DNA of 62,434 nucleotides, filler included, from Squatina squatina (taxonomy: Eukaryota): assembly GCA_031763465.1 (NCBI GenBank). It is 4 parts of 4 records of this genome, joined end to end, with 100 filler letters (N's around TTAATTAATTAA, not from the genome) between each part and the next. Parts side by side here need not be neighbours in the genome. Positions count along the whole stretch, not along the records: positions 35,565 to 49,083 come from JARFOE010000192.1; positions 49,184 to 62,434 come from JARFOE010000176.1; 2 more parts are not named here. One strand, 5' to 3'. The notes under the pieces were generated by a model, which worked only from the letters and a program-made list of their open reading frames with translations, had not been told where the DNA came from and did no database searches. Position numbers and translations under genes: made by a program. Positions 36,257 to 50,835 of this stretch are shown in pieces. Position 1 is the first letter of the stretch. The number at the start of each line of letters is the position of its first letter.

Positions 36257-38859
36257 GAAGGCATAATGTCAAGAGGAATGACTGTTATGGAGGTAATTAC
36301 CACAGAGGATGAGCAAAGCCTTCTCTCAAAGCTAACCCAGATTCATTTGACTAAAATTGTTATTGTCCTACCTTCAGCTTAATGACAAAATGGAGCCTTG
36401 GCTCAGTTGGAGAATTTATGCTTTTGTCATTTTAACAGCAAGAACATACTGAGTTTATCTGTATTTGAACATAAAAGAGCTGCATATTGGCTTGGTAAAA
36501 GCAATTCCACCCACGCTTGATAAGCACTGATTTTGGGCCTGAATATACCCTCACCCCCTATTCACCATCTTCCTGTACTATGTTTTTGATCTGTTGCCTG
36601 GATGGCATATTAACGAACCAGTAAAACAAACATATTGGAGGAATATGAAATCAGAAAAGAAACCACACCCACACAAGCAAGCCAGAAGCAGCCTTTGAAA
36701 CCAACAGCCCAACAGAAAGTGACTCTTATGTTTCCGAATAATAGGATGCCAGTAATGTTCAGGCCCAAGTGATCGCCTGAACATTACGTGATCGGCAACA
36801 TCTAGCCTCTTTAAAGGGATGTGAATGAGAGGTCAATCAGGTTAGCATGGCTTTGTGCCCATACAGACATTTGTAGAATGTAGCACAGCAGTGTAGGCTA
36901 CTGCACAGGGCAGTGCAAATAGCTGTCGATCTAATCCGCAGGAACCTTATTCCAAAAAAATGCATGAGTGGATCTCCAAAATATAAACCACGTTGAAAAG
37001 TTAATTCAGTTGTCTGCAACCCAGCAATTTTCCAATATGGCTCCCATAAAACTTAAAATACCCAAAGAACTCCTATAATTTTACCAATGTTGCATTGATA
37101 AAAAGATCACAGCAGTCTGGCAGAGCTGTCCTTTATAATAATGTGAAGCTGGAAATTGTTAAACTGCTAAGTTATACAACTTGAAGGGTGGAACTATGAG
37201 TACGCTAAAACCATCAAGGCGTACTTCAGAGAATTGCATGAGTCTATCTTAGCCATACTGAGCTAGCAATTACATCTGTAATGAAACAGTTGTATCAGGG
37301 ACGCTTGGAACACAGTAGTGAGACTGGTTCTTTAGATGGTTGGTTACTTTTCACAGTGGTATGAGTAGTTTTGTTGAGGGTCTTTACAAATGGGAATATA
37401 AGTGGCCACAGTTTTAAGCAAAGAGGTGGTTTGTGCATTTAAACAGATGCAATTAAGTGCGCTGTTGCTTACATAGGAAATAATGAGAGGACATCAGGAC
37501 TATAGACTTCAATATAATATACAATTAAATGAAATGTGTTATTTATTAGGGAAGATTGAAGGACCAGTTCAGGGAAGCCCTTCAGTTAGTGCTGATTATT
37601 ATTGTGGTATGTGGCTTTCTTGCTGAAAACTCATTGCCATGGAATTCATTGCCATCCCTTTGTCACTGCTTTCCAAAGGCAAATTCCAGGTTTTGCTTCT
37701 CTATATATGATTCATGTGGTGCCTGGGACAAGTATATACGATACTGTGGAAGGAAAGAGATGGAGGGCTCAAGAGATTGCTGGGCTGGCTTTTAAAGAAC
37801 AAAATTTATTTATATTAAATTTCGTATATATAATATATATATATATGATCCTTCCGCGCCAAATTAATGCCATGAATATAGTTCCAAAATCAGCATTATG
37901 CTAAAGAAGATTTTCAATTTAGCCATCTGGGTGGTAAGTTACCTGGCTGAATGGATCACTCGCCTATTACAGAACCCTCCTGATTTTGTTCCATTGAAAT
38001 CAATCCAATAAAAATTGGGTGGATTCTACAACAGGTTATTTGCTCCGCCAGGTTACCAAGCAATGGGCGTCGTTGAAAATTACCTCCCAGTGACACACAT
38101 GTCTTTATGACTGCTGGACCTTGGTCAAGTGGCTGTTCTTCAAGTGTTGAGTGCCACTGAGCTATTTCAACCATGGGAGTCTTCGTAACCATCTGCCATG
38201 ATGTTGACACCCCCAACATCTGCACACGCATACTTTCCAAGAGGGGTCACCAGATGGCCATCGGGAGCAGATATCCTGGTTGTTTTCCCTCCTTGTCAAT
38301 TTTTCTCATCATCTTTGCTAGACATTTTGCACACCTCTCACTCTTGCTCCAGATCGAACCAAATGCAGCTTTTTATAAAAATGTAGCGTTAGATGAGAGT
38401 TCTACAGAATAAGCTTCCTCCTTATAGGTAGGTAGGTCATCGATATATATGCCCTTTTTTCGGGTGCTTTAGTGAAGTGGGGAAATCTGATCCCATCTGG
38501 TCTAGTAGGGGAGCATGTGCCTTTGACAACTGATTATTCAGAGGGATGTATCTATGCACCCTGCTGACAAGCAGAGTAACACGCATGCTGGCAGGATCAA
38601 ATACTCAATGTGAATGCCAAAGTCAGATGGTGTGCAAAACCATATCTTCTTATCATTACCAGTAACGTCCAGAAATGCTGACTAAAGTCTGAATTAATTG
38701 GAATTCATTTGCAATTACTGTGTTCAGATTTGAACATAATATTGAAGCTGAAATCTACAGTTATTGATAATACACTTTCCAAAGTTATAAGTAAATTTCC
38801 CATGGATCATGACGAGATATCTCGCACAGCACAGCACAAACATGTATCGGAAAATCTAA

Positions 38860-39036
38860 CCACTGTTGTTACATAGGTAAATGCAACAGCCAATTCACGC
38901 ACTGCAACCATCTGCAAACAGCAATTTAAATAAATGACCAGTTCATCTGCGCTTTTTTTATTTGATGGTGTTCATCGAGGGGAGAATGTGGTCAAGACAC
39001 TGGGAGAACTCCCTGCGACTCACCGAATAGTGCCAC
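38860..39036 (-). mobile_element. DeuSINE fragment
   Basis: Aligns by eye to 21823-21990 (CACTGTT...AAACAGCA...ATGACCAG...CATCTG...ATAGTGCCA). Confidence 0.6.
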
Positions 39037-40280
39037 AAACAAAGCAACCGTCAGCATGTTGACCCTGTTGTTCCCTTGTTTGTGTTTACTGACAACAATC
39101 AGCATAAAATTTTTAATTCCCATGGCATGCCGGGGTCACCCCATAATATAGCTCGGCAAAGCTCTTCAGGCCATATACACCCGTATCAAGAGCTCCCCCA
39201 GGTGCTATTCCACCATAAGCTCAGAATGAGCTATAATGAACTCAAAACCAGACCCAAGCAGAAGGCAGCAAAATCCTCTCAGGCTACAAGACCAGAGTGC
39301 AGGTTGAACCCAAAAGATTATTCCTTGGCCTACAGTGGAATCAGGAAAAAGAAAGATCTNNNNNNNNNNNNNNNNNNNNNNNNNNNNNNNNNNNNNNNNN
39401 NNNNNNNNNNNNNNNNNNNNNNNNNNNNNNNNNNNNNNNNNNNNNNNNNNNNNNNNNNNTAACCTGATTTACTAGTTTAGCCTGTTAAGAAAAGTGTATT
39501 ATGCGGTTGATACCCATCTTCTGAAAGTGATTATGTGAAACACTATGCTTCCCGATAACAATTTTACCACAAAAAAACTAAGGGCCAGAAATTCGTCTCA
39601 GTCACTGGTGCAAAACGAGCGGTATCAGATTGGCTGCCCTGTTACACGCAGCACCTGATATTCGGATCCATAGGCCCAGCTTGTTAATCCTGAGGCAAGC
39701 TATTCGCTTTCACTGTCTATTCCAAAATTGTAGCTTTCGACTCACGGGTTCACCTATGTAAACTAAAGCATATGTGAACACAAATAGTGACTGGAGAGAG
39801 GGTTTGATTCATCATAATGACACCCTCTCAACCTCTCTATTAAGGCTTTTTACTTGCTGCCGATCACCCAGAATTCTGTGTGTGTATAACTGTTCCAGAT
39901 CAGCATTTAATTCACCAGAAACATTTTTTTTTCCTTGCGATTTTTCTCTTCTCATTTGCTGAAGGTTCCATCTAGTACTGGGGTAAGCTGGCGCAAATGC
40001 TGGTGGCAACCTTGGATAACTTCCTCCAAGTGGCCATTGTCCATGTGTCTTTGACTGTGGCGCAGGGAAACTGAGGCCAGTTATACTGCTCCTGCCATTG
40101 TGGGGCTTCCTTCATGTTACTGTAGCAGTCCATTCCTAATATTCATCTGAAAGGGTGTTGGAGCTCTGTTTGCTGCCCAGACTTGTCAGAGCTCTAGAAA
40201 TTGGCAATTTGTAAATGGTTGTGTTTCTTTTTTCCCCCTCTGTTGACTCTCTTCCTCTTTTTCTGGATCTATTTTTGCAG

Positions 40281-40507
40281 CCTTACAGGATTTGGGATCC
40301 ATAACTGTTTTGCAAAGAGTCTGATGGAATATGAAGTGAGCAGCCTAAGCAATTTCTACGCACACTACTATATCATGGAAGTGATTGGGATTCTCTCCTG
40401 CGCAATCATGTGCGTTCTTGTCGGACTTATGGGGCGAAGAGGAACCCTGCTGCTCTTCACCATCCTCACTGCACTGGCTTCTCTCCTTCAGCTGGGTCTC
40501 ATAAACT
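40281..40507 (+). CDS. SLC22A23: Internal exon of SLC22A23 (MFS organic ion transporter)
   Basis: AG acceptor at 40279-40280 and GTAAGT donor at 40508. (S)LTGFGIHNCFAKSLM...NFYAHYY...GRRGTLLLFTILTALASLLQLGLIN matches recalled SLC22A23. Confidence 0.88.
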
Positions 40508-41213
40508 GTAAGTTCTGTTTGTGCTTGTCCTTCACCCCAACCACCCCCACTTTTTGATTTTGGCGGGCGGGCGGTGGAGGTTGAAGGTTATATTCTGCTC
40601 CGGAGCAACATAATTTCAAGCGCTGCATGAAGGTGGACAGGTTCACTGGAGAGTTTTACATGGAAAGGGAAGGGGTAAAGTGATGATGTGCAACATTTTA
40701 TTAAGCTCCAGCTCCCAGACAAGCAATCTTTTAAAACTGTAACCTACCTCAGGAAATAATTAAACTCAAAGGGCCATAACTTGCTGCAGCAAGTCCTCGA
40801 ACGGCATCCACACGTTCAGGTTTTTAAATGTTTTGCGTGACAAGTTGCCAGACGCGCGAGCTAATAACGCCACAGCAGGGAATCGGGGCATCTGGGACCT
40901 GAGTGAACAGGGCAAGCAACTGTCTGTTTCATTAACCAGTCAGACTGAAGGATTGTGAAATTAACAGCGTGAGTTCTGAGAAGTAAGTGCAAGTTAGTGT
41001 GGGTGAATTCAGTGTCAAATCAGGTACAGAAAGAGAAACAGAGGGTAAAAGAAAGATTGGATTAAGAGAGAGGGGGGGAAAAAAAAGAGAATTTTTAAAA
41101 ATAAGTTAATTTTNNNNNNNNNNNNNNNNNNNNNNNNNNNNNNNNNNNNNNNNNNNNNNNNNNNNNNNNNNNNNNNNNNNNNNNNNNNNNNNNNNNNNNN
41201 NNNNNNNNNNNNN

Positions 41214-41350
41214 TGGGAGTTCCTTCACCACAAGGACTGCAGCGGTTCAAGAAGGTGGCTCATCACCACCTTCTCAAGGGCAACTAGGGAAGGGCAATAA
41301 ATGCTGGCCTTGCCAGTGACGCCCACATCCCAGGAACGAATTTTTAAAAA
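41214..41350 (+). mobile_element. LINE 3' end
   Basis: GGACTGCAGCGGTTCAAGAAGGTGGCTCATCACCACCTTCTCAAGGGCAACTAGGGAAGGGCAATAAATGCTGGCC followed by an A/T tail. Same family as 23590 and 57215. Confidence 0.65.
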
Positions 41351-41563
41351 AAAAGTTATTCTCTTTTATGGGGTGAGATGTGGTCAGTGAGCGCTTGCAG
41401 TGTTGATTATAGGTTGCTGTGCCCTCAATTCTCTGGCTTGCGTTGCTTGAGCTGTTTCTGCAGTGGAAACATCTATTGACTAGGCTTGATCAGGAAAGCA
41501 GTGGAATAATAACAAGAATTTACAGAACATCCCGTGTTAACCCAGCTTCCCTTTGTCTTGCAG

Positions 41564-41918
41564 GGGTGGAGGATTGGGCTTGGTCTTGGCCAGTGCTGGC
41601 TTTGGCCAGCTAACGGCACCGATCATGGAGCTTCACAACCAGAAAGGCTACTTCTTGCATCACGTGATCTTTGCTTGCTGCACTGTAATCTGCATCATTT
41701 GCATCCTACTCCTGCCGGAGAGCAAAGGACAGGACCTGCCGGAAACCATAGACGACGGAGACAACTATACCAGGCAGCCGCTCATCCCTCCCAAAAAGGT
41801 TGAGCAGCCGCTGCTCTCAAACAACACTGAACTCAAGGATTATTCAGGCCTCAATGAAAACCCAAACCCTGAGCTGACTGCTGAGAGCACCACAGCCAAT
41901 GGCACTAGGTCAAAGTGA
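41564..41918 (+). CDS. SLC22A23: Last coding exon of SLC22A23
   Basis: CAG acceptor at 41561-41563, then GGGLGLVLASAGFGQLTAPIMELHNQKGYFLHHVIFACCTVICIICILLLPES...YTRQPL...ELKDYSGL...TANG-stop. Confidence 0.92.
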
Positions 41919-43065
41919 TTTTATTTAATGTTTACAGTTAAGTTTTTTTTTGCACAAGTATCGTCCAACAACGGATTTTTTTCTGTGGAAGGATAATTAA
42001 TTGACTACTGCTTTGCAGAGATGTTTTAGTTACGGACTGGGCAACTTTTAAAAAGACTATTATATAGAGTTTGCTCTCCCTAACACCAATGGGACAGCAG
42101 TTGACGATTGTCAAATAATGTGAAGAGAGCTCAAGAGTCTCCTGAGCACTTTCGGTCCACTGGAGCACACTGGGTCATCTGCAGCAGAAGATGCTACACT
42201 ACATTTGGGGAAAAGCACAATGTCAGAAAGGACTGCGCTGAGCGAGGTGCCACGTTTGAAGGAAGGCTGAAGGTTTGTGTACAAAGTACTGAGTGAGACA
42301 TCAAGATGAACTGCAGCACGACTGACTGCTCACTGTCCCCTCACTCACCCTCACACTCACNNNNNNNNNNNNNNNNNNNNNNNNNNNNNNNNNNNNNNNN
42401 NNNNNNNNNNNNNNNNNNNNNNNNNNNNNNNNNNNNNNNNNNNNNNNNNNNNNNNNNNNNACATGGACTAAACCGGCGTTTCAGCTCAAGACCCCAACTT
42501 GGCCACCTCGGGGGCTCTTTAGCGCCTGAAGGATCCATCGAAAATCACCACCACATATTTATCTTTCCTGGGCCATTTGACCTTGCTGCGTCACATTGAA
42601 AGCCTCTGCGCATTAATTGATCAGATGCAGAATCATTTTTTACAATGAAAACTCCAGTCAATTCTACACTTGTCAAATCTAAGCAAATTCCTGTTACTTT
42701 TTAACTTCAACTTTCTTCCGTTCTGACTCATTCCTGGCAGTCATCGCTAATCTCATTGTTCCTGTTACAGGGAAGCAAGGCCGTGGGTAATCTTTTTATT
42801 ACCCCATCTCTACCTCCAGCCTATTGCATTTGAGAGGATTGCACCGTAATCACGGCTTTAAGAAGGAAGAGACGCTTAGGGAACAAACATCTTACAATAT
42901 AAATGAGACTTAACATTGTCCTTACTTAATGAAGATCATTAACTTATTTTGTCCTGTTGCCCACACAATATTCTAGTCTAATGTCTAGAAGGCTGAACAG
43001 AGCACAATGAATTCCTTTGTCACAGATGGTGTTGACTTCATAGCTTGGACAGTAATACTCTATAA

Positions 43066-43308
<243 letters not shown>

Positions 43309-44094
43309 CANNNNNNNNNNNNNNNNNNNNNNNNNNNNNNNNNNNNNNNNNNNNNNNNNNNNNNNNNNNNNNNNNNNNNNNNNNNNNNNNNNNNNNNNNN
43401 NNNNNNNNNNNNNNNNNNNNNNNNNNNNNNNNNNNNNNNNNNNNNNNNNNNNNNNNNNNNNNNNNNNNNNNNNNNNNNNNNNNNNNNNNNNNNNNNNNNN
43501 NNNNNNNNNNNNNNNNNNNNNNNNNNNNNNNNNNNNNNNNNNNNNNNNNNNNNNNNNNNNNNNNNNNNNNNNNNNNNNNNNNNNNNNNNNNNNNNNNNNN
43601 NNNNNNNNNNNNNNNNNNNNNNNNNNNNNNNNNNNNNNNNNNNNNNNNNNNNNNNNNNNNNNNNNNNNNNNNNNNNNNNNNNNNNNNNNNNNNNNNNNNN
43701 NNNNNNNNNNNNNNNNNNNNNNNNNNNNNNNNNNNNNNNNNNNNNNNNNNNNNNNNNNNNNNNNNNNNNNNNNNNNNNNNNNNNNNNNNNNNNNNNNNNN
43801 NNNNNNNNNNNNNNNNNNNNNNNNNNNNNNNNNNNNNNNNNNNNNNNNNNNNNNNNNNNNNNNNNNNNNNNNNNNNNNNNNNNNNNNNNNNNNNNNNNNN
43901 NNNNNNNNNNNNNNNNNNNNNNNNNNNNNNNNNNNNNNNNNNNNNNNNNNNNNNNNNNNNNNNNNNNNNNNNNNNNNNNNNNNNNNNNNNNNNNNNNNNN
44001 NNNNNNNNAACTACACTTCAAAAGTACGTCATTGGCTGTAAAGCGCTTTGAGATGTCCGGTGGTCTCTCTTTTAAAATTGATCCTTTTTTTTAA

Positions 44095-45127
<1,033 letters not shown>

Positions 45128-46002
45128 NNNNNNNNNNNNNNNNNNNNNNNNNNNNNNNNNNNNNNNNNNNNNNNNNNNNNNNNNNNNNNNNNNNNNNNNN
45201 NNNNNNNNNNNNNNNNNNNNNNNNNNNTTCAAATGTACATGGTGCTTTGTGATCTCAGACTTCCTGCTTGCACACAATTCATTTTGTCGCTTGCTTCCCC
45301 CCCCGGGTGCAACTGCACTTGGCTTTGTCCAACTTGCGTTGTATTTACAATAACAGCAGGTGGTTTTCAGGTTCTCCCGCTGCTACTGTTGTTGTTCTGC
45401 AGCACCGTAGAACGTTTTCCAAATTTTCCTCTTGCTTTTGTTTTTTTTTCCTTGTTTTGTGGCTCCGCCCTCACTGTTCACTGCCACTGTCCTATCGGGA
45501 CAGCAGGAAATGAAATCTGATGTGACTATAACTGATCCTAATCACTGTTACGATAACACTTGTATTAACCTGACCATTCACCTTAGCTCAGCATTAGATA
45601 CCTCTTAAACATCTTTTTAAAAACTTAAATCAATTTAAGCAGGATGCATGGTGGATAAAATACAGAGAATTTAACAGGCAACAAGAGAAAGTGCACCTGT
45701 TTACCCCTTGGAACTCATACCTGAAAACAATTAAATGGCCCTGTTTAATTCGCCATGTCCCAGATGGGCCTGTCGTGCTGCTGGAAGCACTAATGTGTGA
45801 AGCAGCTATTGTTGCTAATCTGTCCTGTGGAGTTGCTTTGGATTGCTTGCATCATGACTAGCAATCAAGTGTTCACTCCACAACACCTGTCTGCTGTTTG
45901 GAAATCTGCTTTTTCAATGTCTGACAGGTAGCAGGTGAATTATTTTTTAATTGAAAACCTTGAGTAGAAAATTGAGAATCCTAGACACTTGATCCTTCAT
46001 CT

Positions 46003-46770
46003 TTTTGGTAGGAAGAACAAGGAGGCCACGTACTGTTTGGAAAATAAGTGCCTAAATGGGATAGGGGGATCTAGAGGTCGAGATACACATCACAAAGTGG
46101 TGATGCAGGTTAATAAGGCTTTTCAAAAGCAAATCAAGCATGGGGTTCACTTCTAGAGGTGTGTAGAATTAAAAAGCAGAGAAGTTATGTTAAACTTGTA
46201 TAGAATCTTGGTTAGACCACATTTGGAGTACTGTGCACAGTTCTGGTCTCCAGATTATAAAAAGGATATCGAGGCACTGGAGAAGGTGCATAAAAGATTT
46301 ACTAGAATAATACCAGAACTGAGAGGTTACACCGATCGGGAAAGTTTGAACAGGCTGGGGCTCTTTTCTCTAGAAAAAAGACTGAGGGGTGACCCGATCG
46401 AAGTCTTCAAAATTATGAAAGGATTTATAGGGTAAACATAGAGAAGACGTCTTAACTTGCGGGGGAGGCCAGAACTCGGGGCCATAAATAGAAGATAATC
46501 ACTAATAAATCCAACTGGGAATTCAGGAGAAACCTCTTTACCCAGAGAGTGGTGGGAATGTGGAACTCGCTACCACTGGGAGTAGTTGAGGCAAATAGCA
46601 CAGATGCATTCTAGCGTGAGCCAGGTAAGTACATGGGGGAGAAATGAATCGAAGGATATGTTGATGGGGTTAGATGAAGAAGGGCGGGAGGAGGCTCGTG
46701 TGGAGTATAAATACCGGCAGGAATATGTTGGGCTGAATGGCCTGTTTCGGTGCGGTAAATACCATGTAAA
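46003..46770 (+). mobile_element. 5'-truncated CR1-type LINE (ORF2 C-terminus plus 3' UTR)
   Basis: LYRILVRPHLEYCAQFWSP...RFTRIIPEL...LGLFSLEKRLRGD.IEVFKIMKG, then TTTACCCAGAGAGTGGTG...TGGAACTCGCT and a GGGCTGAATGGCCTGTT tail. Confidence 0.9.
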
Positions 46771-46814
46771 AATGTCTTAAAAATAATACATCTTTGTGCA
46801 CAATTTAATTTTAG

Positions 46815-46909
46815 GTAAGATCCAGAACTTGTTAGCTCAAGGTACAATTGATGAACAGTCAAAACTGGTCCTTGTGAACGCCATCTACTTCAAAGGGAAC
46901 TGGGAGCTG
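46815..46909 (+). CDS. SERPINB-like: Partial exon of a clade B (ov-)serpin, cut by a gap
   Basis: TTTTAG acceptor, then (G)[31 protein letters not shown], the serpin strand s3A signature. The intron position fits ov-serpins. Confidence 0.85.
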
Positions 46910-47009
46910 NNNNNNNNNNNNNNNNNNNNNNNNNNNNNNNNNNNNNNNNNNNNNNNNNNNNNNNNNNNNNNNNNNNNNNNNNNNNNNNNNNNNNNNNNNN
47001 NNNNNNNNN

Positions 47010-47220
47010 AGTTGTGAACTTTCTCACAAGTGGAAACATCCTCTCTATGACTACCCTATCAAACTCCTTCATAATGTTAAATACCTCTATATCAGGTCAC
47101 CCCTCAGCCTTCTCTTTTCAAGAGAAGAGTCCAGCCTGTTCAATCTTTTCTGATAGTTATACTCACTCAGTTCTGGTAAATCCTTTTTGCACTTTCTCCA
47201 GTGCTTCTATATCTTTTTTG
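47010..47220 (-). mobile_element. CR1-type LINE fragment
   Basis: Minus strand DIEALEKVQK...GLFS...MKEFDRV...RMFPL, homologous to 46260-46460. Confidence 0.8.
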
Positions 47221-47221
47221 T

Positions 47222-47550
47222 GAGGTAGAGATGGGTGTCATCAGTGTACATGTGGAAACTGATGCTGTGTTTTCAGATGATGTTGCCATGGGGCAACATG
47301 TAGATGAGAAATAGAAGTGGGCCAAAGATAGATCCTTGGGGGAACATCAGAGGTAATGATGCGGGAGCGGGAATGGAAGCTGTTGCAGGTGATTCTCTGG
47401 TTACGATTAGATAGATAAAAATGGAACCAGGTGAGTGCAGTCCTATCCAGCTGGACGACGGTGAAGAGGAGTTGGAGAAGGATGGGGTGAACCGTGTCAA
47501 AGACTGCAGACAAGTCAAAAAGGCCGAGGAGGGATAGTTTGACTTTAACA
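47222..47550 (-). mobile_element. L2-clade LINE reverse transcriptase fragment (frameshifted)
   Basis: Minus strand SAVFDTVHPILLQ...TALTWFHFYLSNRNQ...PQGSIFGPLLFLIYMLP...HMYTDDT (RT YxDD core). Confidence 0.85.
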
Positions 47551-48382
47551 CAGTGAGGAAGCAGTAGGAGGAATAGAGTGTAGGTAACTGTGTGAATGTG
47601 ACAAAGTCTGGACTTGCGGCTCTATCTATTACTTCAACACATTCTTTCCCAGAAATTGAAAACTNNNNNNNNNNNNNNNNNNNNNNNNNNNNNNNNNNNN
47701 NNNNNNNNNNNNNNNNNNNNNNNNNNNNNNNNNNNNNNNNNNNNNNNNNNNNNNNNNNNNNNNNACGGCTGAACAAGTCTTGTCAAATTCTGAAGTACCT
47801 ATTCTAACAACCATCTTTTTTAACCTTTCTTTCACTCTCGCTATGTGAGGATCCGCAGGTTTCAAAATATTACCTCATCCAATTAGCTGCAGTTTTAACA
47901 AGAACATGACTTGACTCCCACCTTAATTTTCCAGATCTATGGCAGGTGCCTCTTCAAGGCTGGAGCTAACAAAAGCCAGCTTCTTTGTAGTTTCTTATTG
48001 GCTAAAGAATATCTCTGCCTGGTATTTCTTCTAATTCCCACTGATTAAACTGAACATTGCTAAAACACACTTAGCCAAAATAGAGCAAACCTGTACTACA
48101 TTTTCATCCTTAAACAGGAGCTCACTTAATAGGCGAAAGATAAAAATTAATATAAAGAACCATTTCCTTAAGTGCTTCATTCTAATGGAAGCCATGTGGC
48201 TGCTGAGTTTGTATTTCCAAATTACCAAACACTTTCTAGGTATAAGTCCTTTCTCAAATTCCTTCAATGTAGCTATGCTTTTAAGCATGAGGGCAACTGC
48301 AATATATTAACAGTACATTATTTAAATTATGTCCAAGCTCAAGAAAATGTTTTTATAACTGGTGTACTCCTTTTCCTTGTAG

Positions 48383-48532
48383 TGGCCTTATGGCGATATC
48401 TGCAGCATCGGTCCTGTTGGGAAAGGACAAGGAACAGAATTCAACTTCCACTTTCGTAAAGGAAGTGGGAAAAAATCTGAAACCCTTAAATTTTCTACTG
48501 AACATAGAACAGAGTTACTAACAGAGGCACTG
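48383..48532 (+). CDS. DNAJC13: Internal 150-bp exon of DNAJC13/RME-8 (N-terminal region)
   Basis: TAG acceptor and GTAAG donor, phase 0/0. Encodes [50 protein letters not shown]. This frame is not in the supplied ORF track. Confidence 0.9.
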
Positions 48533-49083
48533 GTAAGCTTTACTGGAGTTTCAAAACCTCTTTACATAATGTGCGGGTGGTAAACCAAATCACTGGCTTC
48601 GTTTGATTCAGATAATCAATAAGTGTTGTATTTGTTTGTTCACTTAACATTGTAGCTAGCATGACTAAGATGGGCGCAATCACTTTAGGCAGGAGAGCTA
48701 CCTTAAATTAAGAGGTAGCTATCCTTACTGTTCCCTCTTCTGTGTGGGATGGTGTACGAAAGAATGCTGTAGGTTAGAACACATCTCGTCTCCACCTGAA
48801 TCAAGCAAGACTGATGGGATGAAAAATCTCCTGCGATACCATGAAGTGCTTGTTTAAATGGGTTCAGGTATTATCCATTCAGTTCACTTAAGTCAGTGAT
48901 GGAATCTTGCTGGCAATTGGGCAGGACATGAGGATAGCTGAAGTTAGAAATGGAAATATCCTATTAAGTGGAATACTACTTAAGTGGAAGTCCCTGGCAT
49001 TTACAGAAAAGGGGGAAGGCTGTTGTAAGGTGTGGTCAGAATTAGTCTGCATTACATAGAAATTGAGCCTTTGCATACTGAGT

Positions 49084-49183
49084 NNNNNNNNNNNNNNNNN
49101 NNNNNNNNNNNNNNNNNNNNNNNNNNNTTAATTAATTAANNNNNNNNNNNNNNNNNNNNNNNNNNNNNNNNNNNNNNNNNNNN
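49084..49183. other. Artificial scaffold linker N44-TTAATTAATTAA-N44
   Basis: Same 100-bp structure as the other two linkers. Confidence 0.97.
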
Positions 49184-49426
49184 AAACAGCAGTCACACTA
49201 CTGCAGTGGGGGGATGCTCTTCTGAAGTTGGGTTGAGGTACATTGTTGGGATAGTGTAGAAGGATCCTTGCTCTGCATCTAACTGTGGTATACCTGATCT
49301 AGCAGTGACAGGGTGCCTGAAATGGAAAAGTATTCTAGACCCCTGCAGTAACATACTTCCCCTTTTTAAGCACAAAATTCACCAAAAAACTTTTTAAAAG
49401 ACAAACGTCAGCTGCGATGCTCTGGG

Positions 49427-49678
49427 TAGGATTGCCAACCCAAATCTCCAGGAATTACAGGTTAATCCCCTGGACACTGCTGTGAGCAACCTGGGAGAAA
49501 AATTATAGGGACATTAAAAAACTGTGTTTTTAAAATTTTGTTTGAGCACTTTTGTTTACTAATTCAAAAAAATATTGCACATGGGAAAAAGGGCTGTGTG
49601 ACTGGATGAGGTGGTTGGAGGTGGGAGGTAATGTGATGGAACCTCCAGGAACACGACCAACTAGAGTTGGCAACCCTA
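49427..49678. mobile_element. hAT-type MITE, 252 bp
   Basis: TIRs TAGGATTGCCAAC / GTTGGCAACCCTA (12/13 match). Flanking 8-mers GCTCTGGG / GCTCTGGA (7/8) form a TSD. Confidence 0.85.
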
Positions 49679-50599
49679 GCTCTGGATATCCTTGAAAATC
49701 CGACTGATGCATTTAAGAATTGTAAATATCATATTCATGGGATTTCTCACTGATACACCAGGAAGTGTGACCTAGAAATTTGTTTGTGCAGTGTGTTTGA
49801 NNNNNNNNNNNNNNNNNNNNNNNNNNNNNNNNNNNNNNNNNNNNNNNNNNNNNNNNNNNNNNNNNNNNNNNNNNNNNNNNNNNNNNNNNNNNNNNNNNNN
49901 NNNNNNNNNNNNNNNNNNNNNNNNNNNNNNNNNNNNNNNNNNNNNNNNNNNNNNNNNNNNNNNNNNNNNNNNNNNNNNNNNNNNNNNNNNNNNNNNNNNN
50001 NNNNNNNNNNNNNNNNNNNNNNNNNNNNNNNNNNNNNNNNNNNNNNNNNNNNNNNNNNNNNNNNNNNNNNNNNNNNNNNNNNNNNNNNNNNNNNNNNNNN
50101 NNNNNNNNNNNNNNNNNNNNNNNNNNNNNNNNNNNNNNNNNNNNNNNNNNNNNNNNNNNNNNNNNNNNNNNNNNNNNNNNNNNNNNNNNNNNNNNNNNNN
50201 NNNNNNNNNNNNNNNNNNAAAATGGGCAAAGAAAAAATCTAGTGTAAAGTAATCAAATGCTATAATCACAGCATCAGCCTATTCTGTTGAAGAAGCAGCT
50301 TTGGTGACTAAATAACCTTTTCTTATTCCATGCTTTCCGTCCTGTGGGGGAAGTATCAAGCTTTCACTTGGCACTTCTTCTGCTGGTACAGCTGAGATCA
50401 GGTGTCTACCTTTGATGTACCACTCACTGACACAGTTCATTGGAACATCAATAAACTCCATCAACACAGAAATCATCAGTACAGAAATTCATTTAATTAT
50501 ACAAGTGGATTTCATTTATAATAATAAGACAGGTTGGAGCAGCAGCAATAGATTTGCACTGTCTCAGATGTACTTTTGAGTTGAGATTACAGAGGTAAG

Positions 50600-50835
50600 C
50601 AATTCTGGGCATCGGCAGCCTAGAATATGAGGAAAGGTAAAGGCTGATGGGCTTGTTCTAAGTGATCAGACCGAGGTTTTCAAGATTATATTGGGGAGTT
50701 GCAAAGTCAACTAAGGCAAAGTGTTCAGTATGGTGCAGAATTCAAATAACAAGGGACATTGTTAAAAGTAGGAAGTTATGAGTAAGAAGGCAAATCAGAC
50801 AAAACTTTTTAATACAAAGTATATTAGGGTTGTGA
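50600..50835 (+). mobile_element. Highly decayed CR1-type LINE 3' fragment
   Basis: TATGAGGAAAGG...GGGCTTGTTC...GAGGTTTTCAAGATTAT...AACAAGGGACAT, collinear with 46330-46500. Confidence 0.55.
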
